Of a DNA stretch of 64,000 bases, positions 26,870-36,536 are shown piece by piece. Location: NCBI GenBank assembly GCA_050248915.1, contig JBFWRL010000001.1, positions 68,218 to 132,217 of the forward strand, written 5' to 3'. The stretch comes from Candidatus Sericytochromatia bacterium (GTDB taxonomy: Bacteria > Cyanobacteriota > Sericytochromatia > UBA7694). The position numbers were made by a program, and so were the translations under genes. Each line of letters starts with the position of its first letter. Positions within the stretch are counted from its first letter, which is position 1. The notes beneath the pieces are model-generated. The model was not told the DNA's origin. It worked only from the letters and a program-made list of their open reading frames with translations, and made no database searches.

Positions 26870-29188
26870 ATGGCCATTGAGACAGACTTGCCCGCAAACA
26901 GCCATTCGCTCCTGGCTGACGTCATTCACTTTTTGCCCAACCCGGTTTTTGTCAAAGACCGGCAGCACCGCTGGATCATGCTCAATGAAGCTTTTTCAAG
27001 TTTTTTTGGCAAAACCCCTGAGCAAATGTTGGGCAAAAGTGATTATGATTTTTTTCCGCCAGAAGAAGCGGCGGTTTTTTGGGAAAAAGACGATTTGGTT
27101 TTTGGCAGTGGGGAGCTCAACGAAAACGAAGAATCGTTTACCGATGCAAACGGGGTTCAGCGCTGGATTTTAACGCGCAAATCCGCGTTTTTGGACGCCT
27201 CTGGCCAAGAAATCTTGGTCGGGGTGATCACCGATTTGACCGAGCGCAAACGCGCTGAAGGTGCGCTGGAACAGGCCATCAAAAAAGCCGAAGAGGCCTC
27301 CCAAGCCAAAGGCCAATTTTTGGCCAATATGAGCCATGAGATTCGCACCCCGCTCAATGCACTGATTGGCTTTAATCACTTAATTTTGCACACGGCTCTG
27401 ACCCAGCAACAAAAAGACTATATCACCAACAGTCAGCAAGCCGCTGATCATTTGCTCAACCTGATCAACGGCATTCTCGATTTTTCAAAAATTGAAGCCG
27501 GGCAAATGGAGTTGGTGCAAGCCCCTTTTAGTCTGAGCAAATTATCTGCCAACGTCTTAAATATGGTGGCCTGTAGTGCCCAGAAAAAAGGCCTCGAACT
27601 AATTTGGAGCCCCAGCCCCGATCTGGCCGAAACGTATATTGGCGATGGCCACCGCTTGGAGCAAATTTTGCTCAATCTGGTCAATAATGCGGTTAAATTT
27701 ACCGATCGGGGAGAAGTCAGTCTGTTTGTTCGTCCCGCTGAAACAGGCCTGTATTTTTTGGTTCAAGACACAGGTATCGGCATTCCCGATGAAAAAAAAT
27801 CAGCCCTCTTTTCGGCTTTTAGCCAGGTTGATGCCTCTTCGACCCGCTCTTATGGCGGCACGGGTCTGGGGTTGAGTATTTCAAAACACCTGGTAGAACT
27901 GATGCAAGGTAAAATCGGCTTTAAAAGCCAAGTCGATCAAGGCAGCACCTTTTGGTTTGAAGTGCCCCTGCAGCCTGTGGTTGGCAGTGAAAGTCTGATA
28001 CCCTCTCTCAAGTCCAAAGATCTCCGCGTGTTGATCTTGGAGGACAACCCCAAAGCCTTAAATGCCATGGTTGAATTATTCAAGGCCCTGCAGATTCAGG
28101 TAACGGGAAAACTCTGGCAAAAGACCAGCCCCTCAGAACTTCAAACCTGCCTGCGTCAATCCCCGCCCTTTGACCTGATTTTGCTCGATGAATCGATCTG
28201 TTTGGATCCTGAGGCGGAGCAAGTGCTGTGCTCGGTGCCCACACAAATTCGACGGCTCAGTCGAGGCAACGATCATACGCCCGAGGTTTCCACGCTCAAA
28301 AAACCCCTCTTTCCCCATGAAATCACCCATTTACTCGAAACCTTGCCAGACAACGCTCCAACAGCCGCCCCATCCCTGCCTCCTCTCCCCCAAACAACAC
28401 AGCCCCCGCCACCGCCCCCCCAAAAAAGGGGGCAGAAACGTATTTTGCTGGTCGAAGACAATTTGATCAATCAGCGGGTGGCCCGTGAATGGCTGGAGAT
28501 CAAAGGCCTTCAAGTAGATATTGCCGCCAATGGCCAAGAGGCGTTGAACCAGTTGCAACGTGTCACTTATGATTTGGTTTTTATGGATTTGCACATGCCT
28601 GTTTTGGATGGCATCAGCGCCAGCTTGGCGATTCGTGCCCAGCCCCAATACCAAACCCTTCCCATCATTGCTTTAACGGCAGATGTCCAAAAAGACACAC
28701 TCAACAAAGCCCTGCAAGCCGGTATCAATGGACTGATCTCAAAGCCCTTGCATCCCCAGAGCCTGGATCAAATCTTGCAAAAATGGCTCTTTGGCAAAGA
28801 GAACCAAGTGCTTTCAGACGTGCCTAAACAAAGCCAAGAAGATCTCAATCGACCCGAACTCAGCGACATAGACTATGCCTCTGCGCTGTATATGTTGGGT
28901 GGCGATATGGACAGTTATTTAAAATTATTACAAGACTTTGAGCGGGACATGCAAAGAGATCTGCCCGCTTTGTGCCAAGTGATCGCAGATCAAGACTTTG
29001 TTCAGGCCGAAGAAAAGGTGCATAAAGTCAAAGGTGCGGCTTCGACGTTGGGCATTCGCCAGATCCAAAAAGCGGCCACCCAATTGGAACAGGCCCTGAG
29101 AAACAAAGATTATTCGGCCTCTCTCTTGGCGAATTTACATGCGGCTGTTTTGCATTTTAAAGAAAATCTTTCCCACTTGCCGGGCTAA
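26870..29188 (+). CDS. Hybrid sensor histidine kinase (PAS - HisKA - HATPase - REC - Hpt)
   Basis: PAS domain (FLPNPVFVKDRQHRWIMLNEAF...). H-box ANMSHEIRTPLNALIGF. G-boxes (GTGLGLSISK). Receiver (RILLVEDNLINQRVAREWL...DLVFMDLHMPVLDG...ALTA). C-terminal Hpt (HKVKGAASTLG). Confidence 0.85.
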   Translation: MAIETDLPANSHSLLADVIHFLPNPVFVKDRQHRWIMLNEAFSSFFGKTPEQMLGKSDYDFFPPEEAAVFWEKDDLVFGSGELNENEESFTDANGVQRWILTRKSAFLDASGQEILVGVITDLTERKRAEGALEQAIKKAEEASQAKGQFLANMSHEIRTPLNALIGFNHLILHTALTQQQKDYITNSQQAADHLLNLINGILDFSKIEAGQMELVQAPFSLSKLSANVLNMVACSAQKKGLELIWSPSPDLAETYIGDGHRLEQILLNLVNNAVKFTDRGEVSLFVRPAETGLYFLVQDTGIGIPDEKKSALFSAFSQVDASSTRSYGGTGLGLSISKHLVELMQGKIGFKSQVDQGSTFWFEVPLQPVVGSESLIPSLKSKDLRVLILEDNPKALNAMVELFKALQIQVTGKLWQKTSPSELQTCLRQSPPFDLILLDESICLDPEAEQVLCSVPTQIRRLSRGNDHTPEVSTLKKPLFPHEITHLLETLPDNAPTAAPSLPPLPQTTQPPPPPPQKRGQKRILLVEDNLINQRVAREWLEIKGLQVDIAANGQEALNQLQRVTYDLVFMDLHMPVLDGISASLAIRAQPQYQTLPIIALTADVQKDTLNKALQAGINGLISKPLHPQSLDQILQKWLFGKENQVLSDVPKQSQEDLNRPELSDIDYASALYMLGGDMDSYLKLLQDFERDMQRDLPALCQVIADQDFVQAEEKVHKVKGAASTLGIRQIQKAATQLEQALRNKDYSASLLANLHAAVLHFKENLSHLPG

Positions 29189-29234
29189 GACGGGTTCAGA
29201 CAAGGGATTGCTCACCCAAAGACCTTGGCCCAAA

Positions 29235-29630
29235 CTAGGCACTGTAAAAATTGAGGAAATGTTCTGCAGCCAGCCCATGATAAAGCGGGTAGACCAGTCG
29301 ATTAATCCCCGGCTTTTTGAGCAGGGGTTGCAGCGCCTCCAAGACCTGCCCCCCGTCTTCGAGGCTCAATTGGGGAATCGCACAGGGCTCACCCGACAGT
29401 TTTTGGGTCAATTCTGCGGGCAAGGTCTGAAGTTCAGAGAGCAACTCCTGCCAAAGCGGCACGGGCAAATATTTAAGCGATTTGCTGTGTTCAACCAAAC
29501 GCTCTCGGGCCGAGACCATAAAGACATCGTCTTCAGGCAGAGACGTCGGAAAAACCGCTGCGGTCTCCTGAGCTTCACTTAGGTCTTCGGACGCATCGTC
29601 AAAATCGAGCAATTCAAATTCAGTCATCAC
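29235..29630 (-). CDS. Hypothetical acidic protein
   Basis: 131 aa with an Asp/Glu-rich N-terminus. No family recognised. Confidence 0.35.
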   Translation of the reverse strand: MMTEFELLDFDDASEDLSEAQETAAVFPTSLPEDDVFMVSARERLVEHSKSLKYLPVPLWQELLSELQTLPAELTQKLSGEPCAIPQLSLEDGGQVLEALQPLLKKPGINRLVYPLYHGLAAEHFLNFYSA

Positions 29631-29722
29631 ACAACCTCACACCCTGGAGCGGCTTAGATTATTTCGTGTCAGCACAATGATGCTAACAGTGTACGCCATT
29701 TTAACCGACGCCGGAAAGAGGC

Positions 29723-30331
29723 TTACAAAAGGCCTGCATTTGAGTGCATCAAATGCTCCAGGGCCTGTAAACCACAGCGAAAAAAGCTACTCGGTCGAGA
29801 ATCGACCAAATGCACCCGCATGCCGGTCATGTTCAATTGCAGACCCCGGCATTTTTCAGCCCGAATCCCCGCGATCAGGCCCTTCAACAAAGCAGGCAAA
29901 AGTAAGAGCACATGGCGATCTTCTGCCAGAGGCTGCCCGCTTCCTCCCCATTGTGGCAAAACCCGATCAAAGGCCAAGACCAATTCGACCCCATCACAGG
30001 CCCAGGGCAAAGCATGCAAATCTACCCAGGCAAAATCTGAAGGACAACCCGTTTGACGTTTGTAAACCTGGCTCCAGAGCAGAGATTTTTGCAGTAAAAC
30101 GCCTTGCTCCATGCCCAATTCAGACAGCGAAAATGAGAAATGACGTTGCCCCTTGCGCAAAAAGGTTTGCAAGGGCAATGCCAACTGTGAGGTGTTCGCA
30201 CACCACCGGCTCGCCTGCTCACCGCCAGAAATTGGCGCTAAGAGCGCTTGGCGCAGGCTGTTTTGGGTGAATTCAGACATCGTTAGAGAATACCTTTCTG
30301 GATCCTGCCTGCAGTATAACCACTCAGACAA
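29723..30331 (-). CDS. Hypothetical protein
   Basis: 202-aa ORF. An alternative start is MSEFTQ at 30277. No family recognised. Confidence 0.35.
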   Translation of the reverse strand: MSEWLYCRQDPERYSLTMSEFTQNSLRQALLAPISGGEQASRWCANTSQLALPLQTFLRKGQRHFSFSLSELGMEQGVLLQKSLLWSQVYKRQTGCPSDFAWVDLHALPWACDGVELVLAFDRVLPQWGGSGQPLAEDRHVLLLLPALLKGLIAGIRAEKCRGLQLNMTGMRVHLVDSRPSSFFRCGLQALEHLMHSNAGLL

Positions 30332-30406
30332 TTGGAGGCGAGCTGAGGCCTGAGTTACAATACAGCAACCAAGAGCAATAATTGCACCCCCATAAGGAGT
30401 CGCCCC

Positions 30407-32080
30407 ATGAAACGCAACCTGCCCCAGATGGCTGAAACCAGCTACGATCTGGTGATCATAGGTGGAGGCATTACCGGGGCCTGCATTGCCTGGGACGCCG
30501 CTTTGCGCGGGCTCAAAACTGCGCTGGTAGAAAAAAATGACTTTTCTGGGGCCACCAGCTCAGCTCCCTCGAAGCTGGTACATGGCGGCCTGCGCTACCT
30601 CAAAAACCTGGAATTTGGCCTGGTGCGCGAATCTTTGCGCGAGCGCCGCTATTTGGAGCAAATTGCCCCCCACCAAGTCGATCCGCTGGCTTTTTTGTTG
30701 CCCGTCTACAAACGTGGCCCCAATAGTGCGCCAGTACTGCTCGCGGGCATGACCCTGTATGAATTGCTGTCTTATGACAAACGTTGGATCGAAGACCCGG
30801 ATAAACAATTGCCCTCGTTCTCTCCGCTTAGCCGCAAAGAGACCCTGCGTCGCGTGCCCCAACTCCAATCCGAGGAATTGGTCAATGGCCTGGTCTATTA
30901 CGATTGCCTGATGCACTCACCCGAGCGACTGAGCCTGGATTTTTTAAAAGCGGCGGCTGAAGCCGGGGCCGATCTGGCCAATTATACCGAAGTCACAGAT
31001 TTTCTGCGCACAGACGATACCCTGACAGGGGTTGAAGTCAAAGATCGCCTCAGTGGTCAAAGCCACACGATCTCTGGCAAGGTCATGGTCAATGCCTCGG
31101 GCCCCTGGGCAGATTTATTGCTGGGTCTGATGGAGCAAGAGCCGGCCCGGCACCTGATGCGCTCCAAAGGCATTCATATCGTCACCCGCGTGATCGCTCC
31201 CCTTGATCAGGCCTTGACCCTGACCAACGAAGCTGGGGAACATCTCTTTGTCATCCCCTGGCGCGGCCATACCCTGATTGGTACCACTGACCGCGAGTTT
31301 CGCGGCCACCCCGACGACTTTAAAGTCACCCTCGAAGATATCGACGAGCTGATCGACAAAACCAACCGCATGTATCCCGCTGCAGAATTGACACGTTCGG
31401 ACGTGCTCTATTATTATGGTGGGCTGCGCCCCATTGTCGAAAAAGAAACCAAGGTCAAAACCGACAGCTACAAAGCCTCACGCAAACACGAGGTCTACAA
31501 TCACGAAGAAGAGGGCATACACGGCCTGATTTCGGTGATTGGAGGAAAATACACCACCGCCCGCCATTTGGCTGAACAGGTCGTCGATCAGGTTTACCAC
31601 CAGCTTAAAATCAACAAAGTTCACTGTTCCACGATTCATTCGCAGATCAGTGGCGGTCCCATCGAGCGCTTTCAGGACTTTGTCGAAAGTGAGCAAAATC
31701 GGTGGTGCCTTTATGCGCCCGAACTCATTGCCCACCTCTGCCGCAATTATGGCGCCCGTGCTGAGCGGGTGTTGGAACTGGGCAAAACAGATCCCACCCT
31801 GCTTGACCCCCTCTCACCCCTGCGCCAAGAAGTGGGCGCAGAAATTCTCTACGCCGTGCGCGAAGAAATGGCGATTAACCTGGCTGATGCGGTCTTTCGC
31901 CGCACAGGTTTGGGCACCTTGGGCCACCCTGGGTTGCCCGCCTTGGAAAAAGCGGCGGCGTTAATGGCCGCCGAATTGGGCTGGTCGGCAGCGGAAGCAG
32001 CGGCAGAAGTGGCCAGTGTGGCAGCGCGGTTTGAATTGCCCTCTGCCAATGAGCAAGGGCCCACAGCAGCAGTCCCATGA
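30407..32080 (+). CDS. glpD: FAD-dependent glycerol-3-phosphate dehydrogenase
   Basis: YDLVIIGGGITGACIAWDAALRGLKTALVEKNDFSGATSSAPSKLVHGGLRYL is the GlpD/GlpA N-terminal signature. AAGGAG RBS lies 7 nt upstream. Confidence 0.8.
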   Translation: MKRNLPQMAETSYDLVIIGGGITGACIAWDAALRGLKTALVEKNDFSGATSSAPSKLVHGGLRYLKNLEFGLVRESLRERRYLEQIAPHQVDPLAFLLPVYKRGPNSAPVLLAGMTLYELLSYDKRWIEDPDKQLPSFSPLSRKETLRRVPQLQSEELVNGLVYYDCLMHSPERLSLDFLKAAAEAGADLANYTEVTDFLRTDDTLTGVEVKDRLSGQSHTISGKVMVNASGPWADLLLGLMEQEPARHLMRSKGIHIVTRVIAPLDQALTLTNEAGEHLFVIPWRGHTLIGTTDREFRGHPDDFKVTLEDIDELIDKTNRMYPAAELTRSDVLYYYGGLRPIVEKETKVKTDSYKASRKHEVYNHEEEGIHGLISVIGGKYTTARHLAEQVVDQVYHQLKINKVHCSTIHSQISGGPIERFQDFVESEQNRWCLYAPELIAHLCRNYGARAERVLELGKTDPTLLDPLSPLRQEVGAEILYAVREEMAINLADAVFRRTGLGTLGHPGLPALEKAAALMAAELGWSAAEAAAEVASVAARFELPSANEQGPTAAVP

Positions 32081-33024
32081 ACAGCCACGCCCATATACAG
32101 CCCGTTTTTATTGTCAACCCACATTCCGAAACGGGCAAAACGGGCAAGAGTTGGCCAGGCATTCAAAGCCAACTCAAAGCGCGTTTTGCCCGCTTTGATG
32201 TGCATCTGACCGAAGGCCCCGGCCACGCCACGGCATTGACCCGCGACGTGCTCAAAAGTGGCGCAACCAGGATTGTTTCCGTGGGAGGCGACGGCACCCT
32301 CAACGAAGTGCTCAATGGCTGGCTTGAAGAGGATCAGCCCCTCAACCCCGAAGCCGAATTGGGCCTGATTATGCGCGGCACCGGGGGCGATTTCCGCAAA
32401 TCCCTGGGCCTGGAAAACGATTTAAACAGCTATCTTACCACCTTGGCAGACACCCCCGCACGCCGCGTAGACGTGGGCAAAGTCACCCTGACAGACAAAG
32501 ATGGACAGCCCCTCAAACGCTATTTTATCAATATTGGCAGCTTTGGCATGGGCGGGGACGTGGTACACCTGATAGAAAACTCCCCGCTGCACAAACACCT
32601 CGGTGGCACCCCCGGTTTTTTATTGGCCACACTGCAAAGCATGGCCCGCTTTCGTCCCCAGCGGGTGCGTTTGAAAATTGACCACACCCTGGATTTGCAG
32701 CAGTCGATCTTGCAAGTGGCCGTGGCCAATGGCCAGGCCCATGGCGGTGGCATGCGTGTGGCCCCCAAAGCCCAGATTGATGATGGCTGGTTTGAACTGA
32801 TTGTCTTGACGGGTGTGGGCCCCATCGAAGCGGCCCTGACCCTGCCACGGGTTTATGTCGGCCAGCACTTAGAAGCCCCCTGCGTGCGCTATTTACGCTG
32901 CCGCCATCTGGTAGCCGAAGCCTTGGACAGTGCCCCGATTTGGCTGGAGGTAGATGGCGAGGCTCCCGGTAAATTGCCCGCAACCTTTGAACTCTTGCCG
33001 CGCCGGATCAATTTGAAGGCCTAA
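32077..33024 (+). CDS. Diacylglycerol/lipid kinase catalytic-domain protein (YegS/BmrU-like)
   Basis: TRIVSVGGDGTLNEVLNG is the DAGK_cat motif. A 4-nt overlap joins it to glpD. Confidence 0.75.
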   Translation: MNSHAHIQPVFIVNPHSETGKTGKSWPGIQSQLKARFARFDVHLTEGPGHATALTRDVLKSGATRIVSVGGDGTLNEVLNGWLEEDQPLNPEAELGLIMRGTGGDFRKSLGLENDLNSYLTTLADTPARRVDVGKVTLTDKDGQPLKRYFINIGSFGMGGDVVHLIENSPLHKHLGGTPGFLLATLQSMARFRPQRVRLKIDHTLDLQQSILQVAVANGQAHGGGMRVAPKAQIDDGWFELIVLTGVGPIEAALTLPRVYVGQHLEAPCVRYLRCRHLVAEALDSAPIWLEVDGEAPGKLPATFELLPRRINLKA

Positions 33025-33797
33025 GGGGCCGAGCGCGGGGGCACCGGCTTCAATGCCTCGCGAAGCTCAATCCCCAAAATCCCTTTGCGCGTGCGAATGC
33101 GGACTTCTTTGCTCTGCCCCAAGGCCTCAAACTCTTGCCGAGACAGGCTGACCCGCACCGGCTCACTGTGGCCCGGCCAAGGGGCCAATTCCGCATAATA
33201 ATGGCGCGACTTACCGCTTTGAATCCAGGCCTGAAGCAGCGCCACTTGATGGGTCTGAGCAAACCAGGCCGTTCCCCAATTGAGCAAGAGCACCCCACTC
33301 AAAGCCAATGAACTCAACAAAAGCCACAGCAAAAAAGACTGCTTAGAAACATGTGAAAGACGCTGAGAATCCAGACTAAATTCCCCAAAACGATTGTGCT
33401 GCAAAGATTGAGCGTAGCGCTGATAGAGCCAACGGGCCCCCCAAGCCCCCACAGCACAGGCCGCTGCAGCCCACCCCCAAACAGGCGTCAGCACCGCCCA
33501 GAGCTGAGAAACCGCCAAGCCCCCCCCCAAGAAGCCGACCAACCCCAAGCCCAGACGTCCGACGGTGATCCCCTCTTCAAAGTAGACCACTTGGGCCACA
33601 AAGTGCCCCAAAACAGAAATAAACGGCGGCGCTGTGGGAGCGTTTGCAGCAGGGGCAGAAACAAATCCCAGGGATGGCTGCGGGTTTTTTGGGGGTGCAG
33701 CGGAAAGGGGCGCAAGCCGCAAGCGGGTTTGGCAAAAAGCACAGGCTTCCGCTGCAGGCTGTGAACGGTGGCAGGCTGGGCAAATCATCTCAGACAT
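33021..33797 (-). CDS. Membrane protein with N-terminal zinc ribbon
   Basis: CPACHRSQPAAEACAFCQ, then several TM helices, then a C-terminal soluble region. Its 3' end overlaps the convergent lipid-kinase gene by 4 nt. Confidence 0.45.
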   Translation of the reverse strand: MSEMICPACHRSQPAAEACAFCQTRLRLAPLSAAPPKNPQPSLGFVSAPAANAPTAPPFISVLGHFVAQVVYFEEGITVGRLGLGLVGFLGGGLAVSQLWAVLTPVWGWAAAACAVGAWGARWLYQRYAQSLQHNRFGEFSLDSQRLSHVSKQSFLLWLLLSSLALSGVLLLNWGTAWFAQTHQVALLQAWIQSGKSRHYYAELAPWPGHSEPVRVSLSRQEFEALGQSKEVRIRTRKGILGIELREALKPVPPRSAP

Positions 33798-33799
33798 GT

Positions 33800-34498
33800 T
33801 TATAGCATAGCGGATTTTTTGCGAAAGAACTTCATAAACCCAGTCAAGGCAACCACTGCGTTGAGCACAGCAAAGCCCAACAAAAGGAATTTATTGAGGG
33901 GCTGAGAGGGGGTGTATTTCATCAAATGAAACTCCCACATGCGGTTGTAGAGCGCCCAAAGCGCTTTGCGCCGCGCCAACAGAGCTCCAGTTTGGGGGTC
34001 GATATACATTTCAGTCTTGGCATCATCCCCAAATAAAACGCGATAGACCGGCACGCCCGAAACATAATTACCTGCAGATTTTGGCAGCAATTGAACCTCA
34101 GCAATCGCTGCTTTGCCCTGGTATTGGCTCAAGGCGATGGCCCTAACCCGCGCCGGAGTAAGGGGACTCAAACGTTCCCCGGCAGCACTGAACAAAAGAG
34201 GGGGCCCTTTGGTATGGGAGAGCAAAGAAACCGTCTCTCCGGCTAAATTCTTCAGCTCCAATTTGAGCAATTGACTCCCAGGCGAGAAAACCTGTAAACG
34301 GGTCTGCAAGGTGTGTAAATCGGGTGTTTGATCAGATAGAACCAGGGGATGGGGCGGAGGCTCGCGATAGAGATCTGAGAAATCAAGGCTGTACATCAAA
34401 AAGCCACTCAGACTCCAGAGCAAGACCTGACCAAAAGCGAGTAAACCGAGATAGCGGTGCAGGGCAGAGCCCCACTGGCGAAAGCGAAAAACAGACAT
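33800..34498 (-). CDS. PepSY-associated TM-helix-like membrane protein
   Basis: 232 aa with N- and C-terminal TM helices flanking a periplasmic segment. The pattern is reminiscent of PepSY_TM proteins. The call is weak. Confidence 0.4.
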   Translation of the reverse strand: MSVFRFRQWGSALHRYLGLLAFGQVLLWSLSGFLMYSLDFSDLYREPPPHPLVLSDQTPDLHTLQTRLQVFSPGSQLLKLELKNLAGETVSLLSHTKGPPLLFSAAGERLSPLTPARVRAIALSQYQGKAAIAEVQLLPKSAGNYVSGVPVYRVLFGDDAKTEMYIDPQTGALLARRKALWALYNRMWEFHLMKYTPSQPLNKFLLLGFAVLNAVVALTGFMKFFRKKSAML

Positions 34499-34686
34499 CA
34501 GACAACTCCTTGGCCTGTGCGCGCAGGCGGCGTTAATACCTGCCTCAAAAGACGGCGCTCTGGCTTTCCGGATGGATTACAGTTGCGGCACAGCCCCGGA
34601 TTTTCACCGGTGTTCCCCATGCTTTGAAGCAGCTAGTAGCTTAGCCCAGTTTGCTAGCGGGGTGCAAATCGGACTAAGAATAAGGC

Positions 34687-35487
34687 TTAAGCCACAGCCT
34701 GTGCAGGTTGACTTGCAAAAAAGCCCCGAATCTCGCGCACCAACCCCTCATTGTCTTCGTTTAAAAGACAGTGACCTGTGCGGGGCAAAATCACCTCGCG
34801 GCCTTGGGGCAAATGGGGCGTGAGCGCAGACGTGGCCCGCGAAATAAAGGTTTCTTTTTGGCCGCGGATACACAAAATTGGCAAGCGCAGCGAATCGAAT
34901 TGCCAGGGCAAAAGCTGGGGATATTCCCGCAGCCAGAGGGCCTGCACTTCGCGACAGGAGCGCATATAGGCTTCGACAAAGGCCACGACCCGCACCGGGT
35001 CTGCCGAGCGGGCATTCCAGGCCAGGGAGTTGAGATGCCGAACCACTTCGGGCCGGTAATGGGGCGTGCGGGCGTAGGTCTTGGCATAGAGCGGCAAAGT
35101 GGCTTTAACCAAGGAGCGCAGCTCAAATATCGCGGGCTCCATCCAGACGGCAGCACTGATCGGCAGGCCCCGCTGCATCAGCATATACGAAACCAAGCCG
35201 CCGAGTGAGTGGCCAATCAGGCGAAAAGGCCCCTGAATATGAGTTGAGACAAAGGTTTCTACCCAATCAAGGTATTCAGCCACCGAGCGCGGCTTGGATT
35301 TTCTGGAAAAACCATGGCCCGGCAAATCGGGCGCAAGAATGCGATAATGGGGACTTAAAGCCGCCAGAATAGGCATATACAGCTGGGCATCTGCCCCATT
35401 GCCATGCAAAAGCAACAAGGGCTCACCCTGACCAAATTCCAAATAGTGTAAATGGCCGGTGCCAGGATCGCGGCGGTATTCGGGCAT
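34687..35487 (-). CDS. Alpha/beta hydrolase
   Basis: LLLHGNGADAQLYMPILAALSPHYRILAPDLPGHGFS and the nucleophile elbow GHSLGG. Confidence 0.75.
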   Translation of the reverse strand: MPEYRRDPGTGHLHYLEFGQGEPLLLLHGNGADAQLYMPILAALSPHYRILAPDLPGHGFSRKSKPRSVAEYLDWVETFVSTHIQGPFRLIGHSLGGLVSYMLMQRGLPISAAVWMEPAIFELRSLVKATLPLYAKTYARTPHYRPEVVRHLNSLAWNARSADPVRVVAFVEAYMRSCREVQALWLREYPQLLPWQFDSLRLPILCIRGQKETFISRATSALTPHLPQGREVILPRTGHCLLNEDNEGLVREIRGFFASQPAQAVA

Positions 35488-35653
35488 GGGGGTTCTCCTT
35501 GAGATAAGCTGCTACACGCAATCGCAGTTTAACAGCAGTCAGCCCTTGCTCAGAAGTTGATTGACGCGTTTGGCCATTCTGGGTTAATCTCTTAAAGCCC
35601 CGTCAAGACCCGCAAAGAACGTCAGCGTTCCTGCGCCCAAAAAGGAGCACAAG

Positions 35654-36517
35654 ATGCAACACCCCACCATAAACCTGGTGGTCCAGGATATTCCCTTTCA
35701 ATTGGTCATTCCCGAAGACAATGCCTATGCCCAAAAATTTAAGCGGGTGTATCAAGAGCGGCCCGGCTATGAGTATGAAGCCGTCTTGTCTGCGCTGTTA
35801 AAAAAAGTCCTCTTGGCCCAAGCCCAGCCCGTCTATTTTGATCTGGGGGCCTTTATTGGCTATTTTAGTTTTTTCCCTGCCAAATTATTGGACGAAAAGC
35901 ACACAGTCTATGCCTTTGAGAGCAATCCTGAACATATTGAGCTGCTCCAACAAGGGCTGAAGCTCAACGGGCTAAACAACCTCGAAATCATCCATGCCGC
36001 CCTTTCAGACCAAGTCGAAACCCTGCGGGTGCTGAATAACAGTGTCTCAGCTTTGGGCAATGAAGGCGGCCTGGAAATCCAAGCACAAACCCTGGACAGT
36101 ATTTGTGAGCGCAAAGAACTGCGCCCCACAGTGATCAAAATGGATATTCATGGCTTTGAAGGCAAAGTGCTCAAAGGTATGCAGCGGATTCTTGTGGATT
36201 CATTGGAATACCTGTTTTTGGAGTTGCACCCCAATGTCTATCTGGAAAAGTTCACGCCCGGAATCACCCGAGGCATGATTCTTGACCAGCTTGAAGCCGC
36301 GGGTTTTCACAATTATTATGTGGCTGGCCACCGCTACAGTTGGTCCGATGGCATGACCCGCTTTTTTGATACCGGCCACTTTGCCTATCACGAACTCACG
36401 CGGGAAAACAGAGGGCAATTGCTCTTCGACCGCCACAACCAGATTTTTATTCTGGCAGCCAAATCCCCGCTGCCAGACTTAGTGGGCCCCAGCACCATTG
36501 ATCCGAGCAGTGAATAA
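35654..36517 (+). CDS. FkbM-family SAM-dependent methyltransferase
   Basis: VYFDLGAFIGYFS...VYAFESNPEHIELLQQGLKLNGLNNLEIIHAALSD...IKMDIHGFEGKVLKG is the FkbM domain pattern. Confidence 0.7.
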   Translation: MQHPTINLVVQDIPFQLVIPEDNAYAQKFKRVYQERPGYEYEAVLSALLKKVLLAQAQPVYFDLGAFIGYFSFFPAKLLDEKHTVYAFESNPEHIELLQQGLKLNGLNNLEIIHAALSDQVETLRVLNNSVSALGNEGGLEIQAQTLDSICERKELRPTVIKMDIHGFEGKVLKGMQRILVDSLEYLFLELHPNVYLEKFTPGITRGMILDQLEAAGFHNYYVAGHRYSWSDGMTRFFDTGHFAYHELTRENRGQLLFDRHNQIFILAAKSPLPDLVGPSTIDPSSE

Positions 36518-36536
36518 TTGGGAAGTGGCAGTTGAG

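Noticed and set aside
34499-34686. 188-nt gap between the PepSY-like and alpha/beta-hydrolase genes, with the small palindrome agctagtagct
   Set aside because: Only a single short palindrome is present, with no terminator or promoter pattern. It is likely just a promoter/UTR region.
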